Source: Dehalococcoidales bacterium (GTDB lineage Bacteria > Chloroflexota > Dehalococcoidia > Dehalococcoidales > RBG-16-60-22). Taken from it: DNA of 56,023 nucleotides. The position numbers and the translations under genes were made by a program. Positions 46,750-55,899 of this stretch are shown piece by piece (the first letter of the stretch is position 1; each line of letters opens with the position of its first letter). The DNA is taken from NCBI GenBank assembly GCA_034432135.1, contig DAOUCO010000069.1:1-56023 (forward strand), read 5' to 3'. The notes under the pieces are model-generated. The model ran no database searches. It was not told the origin of the DNA and saw nothing but the letters and a program-made list of their open reading frames with translations.

Positions 46750-47633
46750 AGAAGGTTATACTGGATAGCAATTTACAAAGCCTGAAGCTTGTTAAGAAGG
46801 GGAAGGTAAGGGACATTTATGAACTGGGAGAGCACCATCTTATTATCGTCGCCACCGACCGGATTTCCGCCTTTGATGTAGTCCTCCCCAATGGCATACC
46901 CCAAAAGGGCAAAATCCTTACTGCGCTCTCCCTTTTCTGGTTCGGTTTTACCAAAGACGTCATCTCAAACCATGTTCTGGTCAAGGAAACGCCCCATTTA
47001 CCTAGGGAAGAAAGAGAGATTGTGGAAGGTCGGTCAATGCTGGTCAAGAAGGCAAAGCCTCTCCCGGTGGAGTGTATTGTGCGGGGTTACCTTTCGGGCT
47101 CAGCTTGGAAAGAATATCAGAGCCGGGGGACGGTGTGTGGGATAAGGCTTCCGCCAGGGCTTCAAGAGTCGGCGAAACTGGCAGAGCCGATATTTACCCC
47201 CTCAACCAAAGCTGAAACCGGCCATGATGTTAATATAACCTTTAAAGAGCTCCAAAATCTGGTGGGGGCAGAACTTGCCGCAAAACTCCAGCAGATTTCA
47301 CTCGCACTATATTCAAAGACATCAGAGTATGCTGAAGAGAGAGGCATAATCATCGCCGATACCAAATTCGAGTTCGGATTATATAAGGGCGAAGTCATCC
47401 TGATAGATGAGCTCCTCACTCCAGATTCATCAAGGTTCTGGTCGAAAGAAGCCTATGAACCGGGAAAGCCGCAGCCGAGTTTTGATAAACAATATGTGAG
47501 GGATTACCTGGAATCAATTAAGTGGGATAAGAATCCTCCGGCGCCGGAACTGCCTCCTGAAGTAATCGAGGAAACCAGCAAGAAATACTTAGAAGCATAT
47601 AAGCGGCTTTTGGGCGTAAACGCAGATCCTTAA
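46746..47633 (+). CDS. purC: Phosphoribosylaminoimidazole-succinocarboxamide (SAICAR) synthase
   Basis: GKVRDIY...ATDRISAFD...IIADTKFEFG motifs. Confidence 0.9.
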   Translation: MKKVILDSNLQSLKLVKKGKVRDIYELGEHHLIIVATDRISAFDVVLPNGIPQKGKILTALSLFWFGFTKDVISNHVLVKETPHLPREEREIVEGRSMLVKKAKPLPVECIVRGYLSGSAWKEYQSRGTVCGIRLPPGLQESAKLAEPIFTPSTKAETGHDVNITFKELQNLVGAELAAKLQQISLALYSKTSEYAEERGIIIADTKFEFGLYKGEVILIDELLTPDSSRFWSKEAYEPGKPQPSFDKQYVRDYLESIKWDKNPPAPELPPEVIEETSKKYLEAYKRLLGVNADP

Positions 47634-47654
47634 GACCGGGAGAGGGGGTAGATT

Positions 47655-48641
47655 TTGGATTTCTCCCTGGTTGTAGTATTGTTATTGGTTTTAGCCGCCG
47701 AGTTCGTTAATGGTTTTACGGATGCCCCCAACGCTATCGCCACGGTGGTATCGACCCGCGTCCTTTCTCCTCTGCGTGCGGTGGTTATGGCAGCGCTGTT
47801 AAACGTTGCCGGGGTGCTGGCTACCGGCACGGCCGTGGCTTTCACCATCGGCAAAGGCATCGTCGAACCGGAGGTAATCGGGCTATCCACGGTTGGAGCA
47901 GCTATGTTAAGCATAGTTGTCTGGAGCCTTGTAGCCTGGCGATGGGGTATTCCCACCAGTGAGAGTCATGCGCTGGTGGCTGGGCTGACAGGGGCGGGGT
48001 TAGCCGCCGCTGGCCCTTCCGTGCTGCTCTGGGAAGGATGGAGGAAGGTCTTCATGGGTCTGGGGTTCTCTACTTTCCTCGGTTTTCTTGGCGGTCTCAT
48101 AGTGATGGTCGCCGTATACTGGTTGTTCCGCCGGGTTAGACGCACCTTCGTCAACTCACTTTTTGGGCGTCTTCAAATACTCTCCGCCGCCCTCATGGCT
48201 TTCAGCCACGGCAGTAACGATGGTCAAAAATTCATGGGGGTTTTCGCCCTGGCACTCTTACTCGGCGGGGTGCTGCCACAGTTCCAGGTATCCCTGTGGG
48301 TTGTCCTCCTCTGCGGGGCGGTAATGGGGCTGGGGACCATGTTTGGCGGCTGGCGCATCATCAAGACTATGGGGTTCCGTGTCACCAAGCTTGAACCGGT
48401 CCACGGCTTCGCCGCCGAAAGCTCAGCCAGCCTTGTCATCCTTATGGCTTCTTTTCTGGGCATACCTTTGAGCACCACACATACCATTAATACCGCTATC
48501 ATGGGAGTTGGAGCCACCCGCCGGCTTTCGGCAGTCAGGTGGGGCGTTACCAGGCAGATTGTTACGGCATGGCTCCTTACTTTTCCTGTCTGCATTGGAC
48601 TGGGTTTTGTATTTGCATTGTTATTAAAATACATAATATAA
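47655..48641 (+). CDS. Inorganic phosphate transporter, PiT family
   Basis: Duplicated GxNDxxN-type motifs (FVNGFTDAPNAIA and SHGSNDGQK) and multiple TM segments. Confidence 0.85.
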   Translation: MDFSLVVVLLLVLAAEFVNGFTDAPNAIATVVSTRVLSPLRAVVMAALLNVAGVLATGTAVAFTIGKGIVEPEVIGLSTVGAAMLSIVVWSLVAWRWGIPTSESHALVAGLTGAGLAAAGPSVLLWEGWRKVFMGLGFSTFLGFLGGLIVMVAVYWLFRRVRRTFVNSLFGRLQILSAALMAFSHGSNDGQKFMGVFALALLLGGVLPQFQVSLWVVLLCGAVMGLGTMFGGWRIIKTMGFRVTKLEPVHGFAAESSASLVILMASFLGIPLSTTHTINTAIMGVGATRRLSAVRWGVTRQIVTAWLLTFPVCIGLGFVFALLLKYII

Positions 48642-48711
48642 AGGAAATAAGACACCATTAACTAAAAGTTAAGAGGGAATTCCTGCCAATAAAGTTGCTG
48701 GGTGCCAAGCA

Positions 48712-49728
48712 ATGATAGTCGAAATGAGAATCGGTACAACCCAAGAAGAGATAGACAGCGTCGTGCAGAGGGCTAAGTCGTTAGGGCTGGGTACGCAGTT
48801 AAACGTCGGCACTGACAAAACGGTGATCGCTATACTGGGAAGTAACACGGGCCAGTTGTCTACAGACGTTTTCGCTGTGCTCCCCGGGGTAGAACGTGTA
48901 ACCAGAATCATGAAACCCTACAAGCTCGCCTCACGGGAATTCAAGAACGAAGACAGCGTCGTTTCCATAAGCGGGATTGGAGTCGGTAGCAAACGTGTTG
49001 TGGTCATAGCGGGCCCGTGTGCCGTGGAGAGCGAAGAACAACTTATGGAAGCAGCTAGAGTTGTAAAAGAATGCGGAGCCTGCATGCTGCGCGGAGGCGC
49101 CTTCAAACCACGTACTTCACCTTTTAGCTTTCAGGGGATGGGGAAGGCCGGCCTAGAATTGCTGGTAAAAGCCAGAGAGAGGTTCGATATACCTGTGGTC
49201 ACCGAAGTGGTAGACCCGGGCGATGTTAGCCTAGTATCTAAGTATGCCGATGTCCTACAAGTAGGAGCGCGGAATATGCAAAACTTCCCCCTGCTAACCA
49301 ATCTTGGGAGAAGTAAACATCCTGTCGTTCTAAAACGCGGGTTTGCGTGTAGCGTTACCGAATGGCTTACCGCAGCCGATTACCTGCTTGCCGAAGGGAA
49401 TAACCAGGTTATACTCTGTGAGAGGGGAATCAGAACCTTTGAGGATACCACCCGGTTTTCTCTGGATATTTCTTCCATACCGGTAATCAAGAGGTTCAGT
49501 CATTTACCAGTTATTGTTGACCCTAGCCATGCGGCTGGCCACTATTCGCTGGTGCCAGCGATAGCCAAGGGCGCTGTGGCCGCCGGTGCCGATGGACTTC
49601 TCATTGAAGTTCATCCTAACCCCAAGGAGGCTCTGGTGGATGGCCTCCAATCCCTGACACCGTCAGACTTTGCTAGATTGATGGCAGAACTAAGGGCAAT
49701 TACTGAGTCCATAGGGAGATACGTTTAG
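48712..49728 (+). CDS. aroF: 3-deoxy-7-phosphoheptulonate (DAHP) synthase, type I-beta with N-terminal regulatory domain (Thermotoga type)
   Basis: 338 aa. KPYKLASREF, AGPCAVES, LRGGAFKPRTSPFSFQG and VDPSHA. Confidence 0.9.
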   Translation: MIVEMRIGTTQEEIDSVVQRAKSLGLGTQLNVGTDKTVIAILGSNTGQLSTDVFAVLPGVERVTRIMKPYKLASREFKNEDSVVSISGIGVGSKRVVVIAGPCAVESEEQLMEAARVVKECGACMLRGGAFKPRTSPFSFQGMGKAGLELLVKARERFDIPVVTEVVDPGDVSLVSKYADVLQVGARNMQNFPLLTNLGRSKHPVVLKRGFACSVTEWLTAADYLLAEGNNQVILCERGIRTFEDTTRFSLDISSIPVIKRFSHLPVIVDPSHAAGHYSLVPAIAKGAVAAGADGLLIEVHPNPKEALVDGLQSLTPSDFARLMAELRAITESIGRYV

Positions 49729-49942
49729 TCACGGAAATATGATAAAATAAACTCGCTGACAACACTCTGGAGATTATTCAAGACTTCTGTTGGTGTACCA
49801 CCCCAAGCTCTGCAGCCTGGTAATATTTGTACTTCTGCTATGTATTTAAATTTTGAAGCTGTATAGAGTGATGTTATCCACACTTGTCGTGCTCAATTTT
49901 CAAACTTTTTCAGGGTAACGGTCTGGGAATCCGTCACACTGT

Positions 49943-50098
49943 TTACGCACGAATCCGCTTGTTTAGGTTATCAATCGGACTAGCTTTAACGTGAGCTTGG
50001 TAAGAATCTTCAAACCCTAGACTCTGACAGTAGCGTTTGGTCATTTCAAGCGAATGATGGCCGAGCAAATACTGCCACTCAAACGGACTCCCACCATC
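49943..50098 (-). pseudogene. C-terminal fragment of a tyrosine recombinase
   Basis: DGGSPFEWQYLLGHHSLEMTKRY...SPIDNL resembles the extreme C-terminus (LGH...T..Y) of Xer/integrase proteins. Upstream catalytic motifs are missing. Confidence 0.5.
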
Positions 50099-50111
50099 TG
50101 CTACACTAGTC

Positions 50112-50479
50112 ATACAGGCACATAGAGAAGCAGCCGAAAAACATGCTGCTCTGCTTGGCATTACACTAACCGATGATTCCCTAGTGTTCTGCCATTATGA
50201 TGGCTCGCCATTGCATCCGAATACGATGACGCGGGCTTGGCATAACCTGGCAATACGCGCTGGTGTGAAGGTAATCCGCCTTCATGATGCCCGGCATACA
50301 AATGTAAGCCTTATGCTTAAACAAGGCATAACCCAAAGATAGTGCAAGAACGCTTAGGTCATGCTACAATAGCAATGACCCTTGATACATACAGCCATGT
50401 CTCACCCGGACTTCAAGAAGTTGCTGCCAGGAAGTTCGACGACCTCGACTTGCTGAATAAAAAGAAAAGGTGGCGTTAG
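50112..50479 (+). pseudogene. Phage-type integrase pseudogene (N-terminally truncated, frameshifted)
   Basis: LVFCHYDGSPL...IRLHDARHT, then after a frameshift near 50328-50335, PKIVQERLGHATIAMTLDTYSHV. The stop at 50340-50342 interrupts the first frame. Confidence 0.75.
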
Positions 50480-50494
50480 CAAATGGTTAGCAAA
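50475..50494 (+). repeat. Tandem GTTAGCAAA 9-mers between the integrase remnant and tRNA-Ser
   Basis: GTTAGCAAAtgGTTAGCAAA. The same 9-mer occurs three times at 34386-34556. Confidence 0.5.
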
Positions 50495-50535
50495 TTTAGG
50501 TTATGTAAAATCTACTTTACCATATTATGAGACTG

Positions 50536-50626
50536 GGAGGGGTGGCCGAGCGGACTATGGCGACGGTCTTGAAAACCGTTTCTCGATTATATCGGGACGT
50601 GGGTTCGAATCCCACCCCCTCCGCCA
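50536..50626 (+). tRNA. tRNA-Ser (anticodon UGA), encoded CCA
   Basis: 7-bp acceptor stem GGAGGGG/CCCCTCC, anticodon stem-loop ACGGT-CTTGAAA-ACCGT, long variable arm, T-arm GTGGG-TTCGAAT-CCCAC, and discriminator G plus CCA. Confidence 0.95.
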
Positions 50627-50663
50627 ACCTGCACTAAAGCTTCGGTTAGTGAACAGGTAAATT

Positions 50664-50903
50664 ATGTGGTACGTTTACATACTTAAAAGCGCCAGAGACA
50701 AAAAACTCTATATCGGCTCAACAGATAATATCAATCGCCGGTTATTAGAGCATAATTCCGGAGAGGTTGAGGCAACTAAAAACAGAGTGCCTCTTATACT
50801 GGAAGCGTATGTGGCTGTAAAAGATAAGGTCAAGGCTTCCGAGCTCGAACAGTATTTCAAAACCGGTCCGGGAAGTGCTATCTTGAATAGAAGAATCCTC
50901 TAG
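50664..50903 (+). CDS. GIY-YIG nuclease family protein (second copy, short)
   Basis: WYVYILKS...LYIGSTDNINRRLLEHNSG motif. 79 aa, 37 nt downstream of tRNA-Ser. Confidence 0.75.
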   Translation: MWYVYILKSARDKKLYIGSTDNINRRLLEHNSGEVEATKNRVPLILEAYVAVKDKVKASELEQYFKTGPGSAILNRRIL

Positions 50904-50916
50904 CTGCAGATAAATT

Positions 50917-51987
50917 ATGTTTTCAACCATTAAACAATCGCGGTTCCATGTCCTGGATAGCTTCCTTTTGTTCATCCCTATTTCGACGGCTTTTTATTAT
51001 CTTAACGTTCATCCGGTTCTAACGTTCATAGCTACCGCGGCATCTATTATCGGCATTTCTCACGTCATAATAGAAACGACCGGCATCATCGCCCAACGCG
51101 TTTCCTCAACTATTGCCGCGCTTATCAACGCTACTTTTGGCAATGCTTTTGAGTTTATCATCGCTATATTTGCACTGCGCGCCGGTCTTGTAGATATGGT
51201 CAAAGCTTCAATGATCGGCTCTATCATTATTAATATTCTGTTGCTTATAGGCCTCTCGATGGTTTTCGGAGGATTGAAATACAAAGAGCAAAGTTTCAAT
51301 AAAGACTCGGCTGGTCTATCTTCGACGATGCTTATCATCGCCGTGGCTGGACTTTCCCTTCCTTCGATATACGGTATGCTGGCAGAAAATCCCACCCAGA
51401 ATATGAGTCTGGCAGTATCCGTCGTCCTGGGAATAGTTTATCTTTTAAGCCTGCTCTATACGCTGGTAACACATAAATATTTATTCATCGTCGAGCGTGA
51501 AGCGCCGCCCTCTCCCGAGTACCGTCTCTGGTCACTACGCACTGCGGTCATTTTACTGATTATAGCCATTGTCTTAGGCAGCTATGAATCTTCACTGCTG
51601 GTCAACACCATCACCGACCATATCGCGGATATGGGCTTAAGCCAGAGATTCATAGGGTTAGTGTTCATCGCAATCCTCACCAACATACCAGAACACGTTA
51701 GCGCCATTAACTTCGCCCGTAAGGATAACATGACGCTTTCGCTGGAAATCGGCATGAGCTCCGCCTTGCAGATAGCCTTATTCGTCGTGCCGGTGCTGGT
51801 GCTGTTGAGTTCTTCCGCCACCGGCGTTGCCCTCAGCCTGGAATTTAGTCCCTTTTCTCTGGTCGCGCTGGTCATGACCGCTATGATTGCTAATTATATC
51901 AGCAGTAGTGGCATCTGCCACTGGGTGGAAGGCGCCCAGCTTATAGCAATTTATATTCTGGTCGCCATAGTGTTTTTCTTTATTTAA
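50917..51987 (+). CDS. cax: Calcium/proton exchanger (CaCA family)
   Basis: GNAFEFIIAI alpha-repeat motif and about 10-11 TM segments. Confidence 0.8.
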   Translation: MFSTIKQSRFHVLDSFLLFIPISTAFYYLNVHPVLTFIATAASIIGISHVIIETTGIIAQRVSSTIAALINATFGNAFEFIIAIFALRAGLVDMVKASMIGSIIINILLLIGLSMVFGGLKYKEQSFNKDSAGLSSTMLIIAVAGLSLPSIYGMLAENPTQNMSLAVSVVLGIVYLLSLLYTLVTHKYLFIVEREAPPSPEYRLWSLRTAVILLIIAIVLGSYESSLLVNTITDHIADMGLSQRFIGLVFIAILTNIPEHVSAINFARKDNMTLSLEIGMSSALQIALFVVPVLVLLSSSATGVALSLEFSPFSLVALVMTAMIANYISSSGICHWVEGAQLIAIYILVAIVFFFI

Positions 51988-52016
51988 TTATTTATTAAGC
52001 GAAAGAGAGAAAATAC

Positions 52017-52994
52017 ATGATTAATCTCGCCATTGTCGGTTATGGTAATGTGGGACGCGGTGTCAGGAAAGCTATTAAGAATAATCCAGATACGGCTCTT
52101 AAAGCTATTTTTTCCCGCCGACCGGAGGCTGTGACGAAGGAAATCAGCAACATACCGGTAATTAAGATAGAAAAAGAGGCTACCAAACCTTCCGTTCCTA
52201 TTGATGTAGCCATTCTCTGCGGCGGCTCTAAGGAAGATGTGCCGGTACAGGGTCCTCTTTTCGCCAGATGGTACAGCACTGTGGACAGCTTCGATACCCA
52301 TGCCGATATACCTAAATATTTCCAGAAAATGGACGCTATCGCTAAAGAAAAAGGCAATGTTTCCATCATCTCCGCCGGTTGGGACCCGGGCATATTTTCG
52401 CTGGAAAGGGTGTTAGGAGACGCTTTTTTACCCGGCAGTAAAGGCTATACTTTCTGGGGACCGGGTGTCAGCCAGGGGCATTCCGACGCCGCCCGGACGG
52501 TAGAGGGAGTTATCGATGCCCGGTCATACACCCATCCTATAGAAACGGCAATGAAGCAGGTAAGAGACGGCAAGACGCCGGAATTTACCAGTTGGCAAAA
52601 GCATAAGAGGGTTGTTTATGTCGTGGCCGAAGAAGGGGCTGATAAGGATAAAATCCGTCAAGCTATCACTGGCATGCCCAACTATTTTGCCGACTACGAT
52701 ACGGAGGTGATATTTATAAGCCGTGAACAAATGGCTAAAGAACATGCCACTTACCCGCATGGGGGCTTCGTCATGACCTCCGGCGTTACCGGCGAAAAGA
52801 ACAAACAGATTATAGAATATCGCTGCCAGCTTTCCAGCAACCCGGAGTTTACCGGCAGTGTCCTCGTCGCTTGCGCAAGAGCAGCTTTCCGCCTTAAAGC
52901 CGCGGGACATAAAGGCGCTTACACGATGCTGGATATCCCGCCGGCACTCTACAGCCCCAACTCTGGCGATACACTAAGGAGTAAATACACGTAA
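52017..52994 (+). CDS. ddh: meso-diaminopimelate D-dehydrogenase
   Basis: AIVGYGNVGRGV, GWDPGIFS, FWGPGVSQGHSDA and PHGGFV, colinear with the Corynebacterium Ddh as I remember it. Confidence 0.9.
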   Translation: MINLAIVGYGNVGRGVRKAIKNNPDTALKAIFSRRPEAVTKEISNIPVIKIEKEATKPSVPIDVAILCGGSKEDVPVQGPLFARWYSTVDSFDTHADIPKYFQKMDAIAKEKGNVSIISAGWDPGIFSLERVLGDAFLPGSKGYTFWGPGVSQGHSDAARTVEGVIDARSYTHPIETAMKQVRDGKTPEFTSWQKHKRVVYVVAEEGADKDKIRQAITGMPNYFADYDTEVIFISREQMAKEHATYPHGGFVMTSGVTGEKNKQIIEYRCQLSSNPEFTGSVLVACARAAFRLKAAGHKGAYTMLDIPPALYSPNSGDTLRSKYT

Positions 52995-52997
52995 ATT

Positions 52998-53552
52998 GTG
53001 TCTTACACTTTATTAGAACAACAAGAAATTGAAAATGCCATAAAATATCTGACCTTTTCAATTCAACAGAGTGGTAAGAATCCGAAACCGGTTATCTTAC
53101 ATAGTATCCGTGTCGGCATGTATCTTTATATCCACGATTATCCTAAAGACATTGTCATAAGCGGGATTCTGCACGACCTTCTTGAAGACACGGATGTTTC
53201 TTTTAATGATATAAAAGGTAAATTCGGAGATAAAGTAGCACGGCTGGTGCAGGCTTGCAGCTTCGATGAAAGTATCAAAGATAAAAAGGAACAATATAAA
53301 GAGCTCTACGCCAGATGCCTTAAGGAAGGTAAAGAAGCCATAATCGTAAAAACGGCTGATTTAATCGATAATTTACCCTATATGCTAAATCCGCAGTACG
53401 CTAAAGGACTGCATGATGCTCTGCGCGAGAAAATGGGATATTTTATAGAACTAGCCAGAACCACAGTTCACAATGAAAAAATATTCCAAGAACTTGAAAA
53501 ACTTTTTGGTGAATTAACAAATTTTTTTCCTTTTGAAGCTAACTTACCATAA
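52998..53552 (+). CDS. HD-domain phosphohydrolase (SpoT/RelA-hydrolase-like)
   Basis: HSIRVG...GILHDLLEDT HD motif. GTG start. Confidence 0.7.
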   Translation: MSYTLLEQQEIENAIKYLTFSIQQSGKNPKPVILHSIRVGMYLYIHDYPKDIVISGILHDLLEDTDVSFNDIKGKFGDKVARLVQACSFDESIKDKKEQYKELYARCLKEGKEAIIVKTADLIDNLPYMLNPQYAKGLHDALREKMGYFIELARTTVHNEKIFQELEKLFGELTNFFPFEANLP

Positions 53553-53623
53553 CTTTAAAAACGACTAAATGAAGCTATTTAGCTTAGAGTCGTTTCTTGG
53601 GAAAAAGGTCTTGTCCCCTATTC

Positions 53624-55255
53624 TTAATGTTCCTTAATGCTTATCTTGTTCAGCATCACGTAGCCCATCGCATTAAGCTTATAGCCTTCCACGTAAGGCT
53701 TCACCAGGATATAATTACGACCGAACCATAAAGGTATAACGGCGACATCATCCACCAGCATCTGCTCCGCCTGTTGATACATCGCGAGACCCTTAACAGC
53801 GTCCGGTTCAATTCCAGCTTGATCTAATAAAATATCGAGAGCCGGATTAGAGTATTCCCCGAAATTGTATTCCGCGCCGGTGTGAAAAAGCACATCCAGG
53901 AAGTTCTGCGGATGAGGGTAATCGGCAATCCACCCCATATCGAACATGTTATCTTTTTCTTTTTTAAGTTGATAGACGTACCTTTCCGGCTCCATCTGCC
54001 TTACCTTTACCTCCACCCCCAGGTTTTCACGCCATTGATAAATAATCGCTTCCAGCACTTGGGATATTGCCCCTCCATAACCGGAGGTGGTGAGAGTAAT
54101 GGATGGGAGATTAGCTACATCGTGATACTTAGAAGCGGCAATCAGTTCTTTCGCCTTAGTAACGTCAAATCCCAACCCGACGAAATCTGTATTATAACCG
54201 GGAATACCGGGCGGCAGGATGCCATCGGCGCGCTGCACCAAGTCCCGCAAGGTTAGGGAGATTATTTTATCCTTATCCACCGCCAGGGCAAAAGCTTTAC
54301 GTATGTTAACATCGTCGAATGGCGGTTGGTTAACATCAAAACCTATCCAGTAGAAGCTTAATTCAGGGGATTCCTGCAGCTCTTGATAGAAGGGACCGGC
54401 GGGATCGGTAACCCTATCGATATAGTACACGCTAACATCGGCGACATCTATATCTCCGGTTTCATACAGGTTCATCGGTATACCGCTTAAAAAATGAAAC
54501 TCAACTGATTCCAGATAGGCGATATCTCCATAGAATTTATCGTTCCTCTCCAGAACCAGCGAATCACCCTGCTGCCATTGTCTAAGCTTAAAAGGGCCTG
54601 TGCCGTTGGGCTTCCGCCACCAGTTATTACCTGCGGCGATATTGAATTTATCAACGACCATAGCCGTGGGGTAAGTTAATTTAGATAAAAAGTAAGACTT
54701 CGGCGCGTCAATTGTGACTTTGAGGGTGTAGTCATTCACGACCTCGACGCCGCTGATTTCTTCGGCTTCGCCTGTGATAACCTCTTTAGCGCCGACGATG
54801 TCGCCGAGATAAGTGCCGGCTGTTTGCGAGTGTGTCATCGGGTCGCAGGCACGCTCCCAGGAGTATTTAAAATCAGCGGCAGTTACCCCGCGACCATCCT
54901 GAAAGACCACATCATCGCGTAAGTAAAAAGTGAAAGTCAAGTTATCCTGACTGATATCCCACGTTTTTGCGATATCAGGTGAAGGTTCCAGATTATCATC
55001 GAGTTTTACCAGCCCGGAAAAAATTTGCATGACGTACTCATGAGAATTAGCATCAGCGGAGACTGCCGGGTCGAGCGTATCGGGGTCAGTGCCATAAAGC
55101 TTTAGGATTCCGCCCCCGACAGCCGGAGTGGTTGGCGTTCCAGTATTCGGTGAGGTTGAAGGTTCAGTACTACTGATGCCAGTACAATCACAAGCCGATA
55201 GTAATGCGCAACCGACCAATAAAAACGATAGGAGAACAATAGTGATTTTTTTCAT
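53624..55255 (-). CDS. ABC transporter substrate-binding lipoprotein, peptide/nickel family 5
   Basis: Lipoprotein signal MKKITIVLLSFLLVGCALLSAC at the internal Met (the track start at 55318 is unlikely). Family-5 SBP layout. Confidence 0.85.
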   Translation of the reverse strand: MKKITIVLLSFLLVGCALLSACDCTGISSTEPSTSPNTGTPTTPAVGGGILKLYGTDPDTLDPAVSADANSHEYVMQIFSGLVKLDDNLEPSPDIAKTWDISQDNLTFTFYLRDDVVFQDGRGVTAADFKYSWERACDPMTHSQTAGTYLGDIVGAKEVITGEAEEISGVEVVNDYTLKVTIDAPKSYFLSKLTYPTAMVVDKFNIAAGNNWWRKPNGTGPFKLRQWQQGDSLVLERNDKFYGDIAYLESVEFHFLSGIPMNLYETGDIDVADVSVYYIDRVTDPAGPFYQELQESPELSFYWIGFDVNQPPFDDVNIRKAFALAVDKDKIISLTLRDLVQRADGILPPGIPGYNTDFVGLGFDVTKAKELIAASKYHDVANLPSITLTTSGYGGAISQVLEAIIYQWRENLGVEVKVRQMEPERYVYQLKKEKDNMFDMGWIADYPHPQNFLDVLFHTGAEYNFGEYSNPALDILLDQAGIEPDAVKGLAMYQQAEQMLVDDVAVIPLWFGRNYILVKPYVEGYKLNAMGYVMLNKISIKEH

Positions 55256-55391
55256 TTTTATTCTAAATATGTCGCTAAACTCAATATAGCATATATATCT
55301 TTTCTCTGCATAATACACTTAATGCTTATTTGAAATATTCAAAATAGCAACTTATAATCATAGATAAACATCAATAAATAAGGAGAATAAA

Positions 55392-55859
55392 ATGATACCC
55401 AAAGAGTACGCTAAATATTATCGAGGCAAACCGGTGCGAGATTTCACCAAACTTTACCCGGAGCTGACTGCAAAGTCGTTCCATATCTGGGGGCATGAGT
55501 GGAATTCCGGCTACCGCATGGACTGGTTCTGCGTGACAGAACCGTTTTTAATGATTAACGAACCCCATACCCATGACTTCGACCAGTTTTTAGCCTTCCA
55601 GAACGCCGACGCTACCAAAGTGAATGATTTCGATGCCGAGGTGTGGCTTTACCTAGGACCTAAAGGCAAGCAGAAAAAACTGGTTATCACCGAGACATGT
55701 TTTATATATATTCCCGCTAAAATGGTGCACACGCCGTTAGAGTTCAAGATAATCCGCAAGCCTATCGTTTTCATGGATATCGCATTGACATCAGAGTACG
55801 TGCGCAAACCGGAAGACAAGACCAAGCCGGTGATGAGAGAACGGCACGATATGAAGTAG
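55392..55859 (+). CDS. Hypothetical protein (possibly cupin-like)
   Basis: 155-aa ORF with AAGGAGA RBS. A His-containing segment, EPHTHDFDQFLAF...VHTP, weakly suggests a cupin. Confidence 0.5.
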   Translation: MIPKEYAKYYRGKPVRDFTKLYPELTAKSFHIWGHEWNSGYRMDWFCVTEPFLMINEPHTHDFDQFLAFQNADATKVNDFDAEVWLYLGPKGKQKKLVITETCFIYIPAKMVHTPLEFKIIRKPIVFMDIALTSEYVRKPEDKTKPVMRERHDMK

Positions 55860-55899
55860 TTTCAAAGACCGTGTGAATAACTGAAAATGGCGGAGAACT

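Noticed and set aside
47630-48658. Minus-strand ORFs 47630-47956, 47966-48154 and 48224-48658
   Set aside because: They are antisense to the PiT transporter gene, whose motifs and TM pattern are clear. This is a GC-rich antisense artefact.
34268-50535. Interpreting the att-bounded segment as a prophage or conjugative element
   Set aside because: No capsid, tail, terminase, replication, relaxase or T4SS genes are present. The content is central metabolism, and only decayed integrase fragments remain. It is treated instead as an ancient island or rearrangement.
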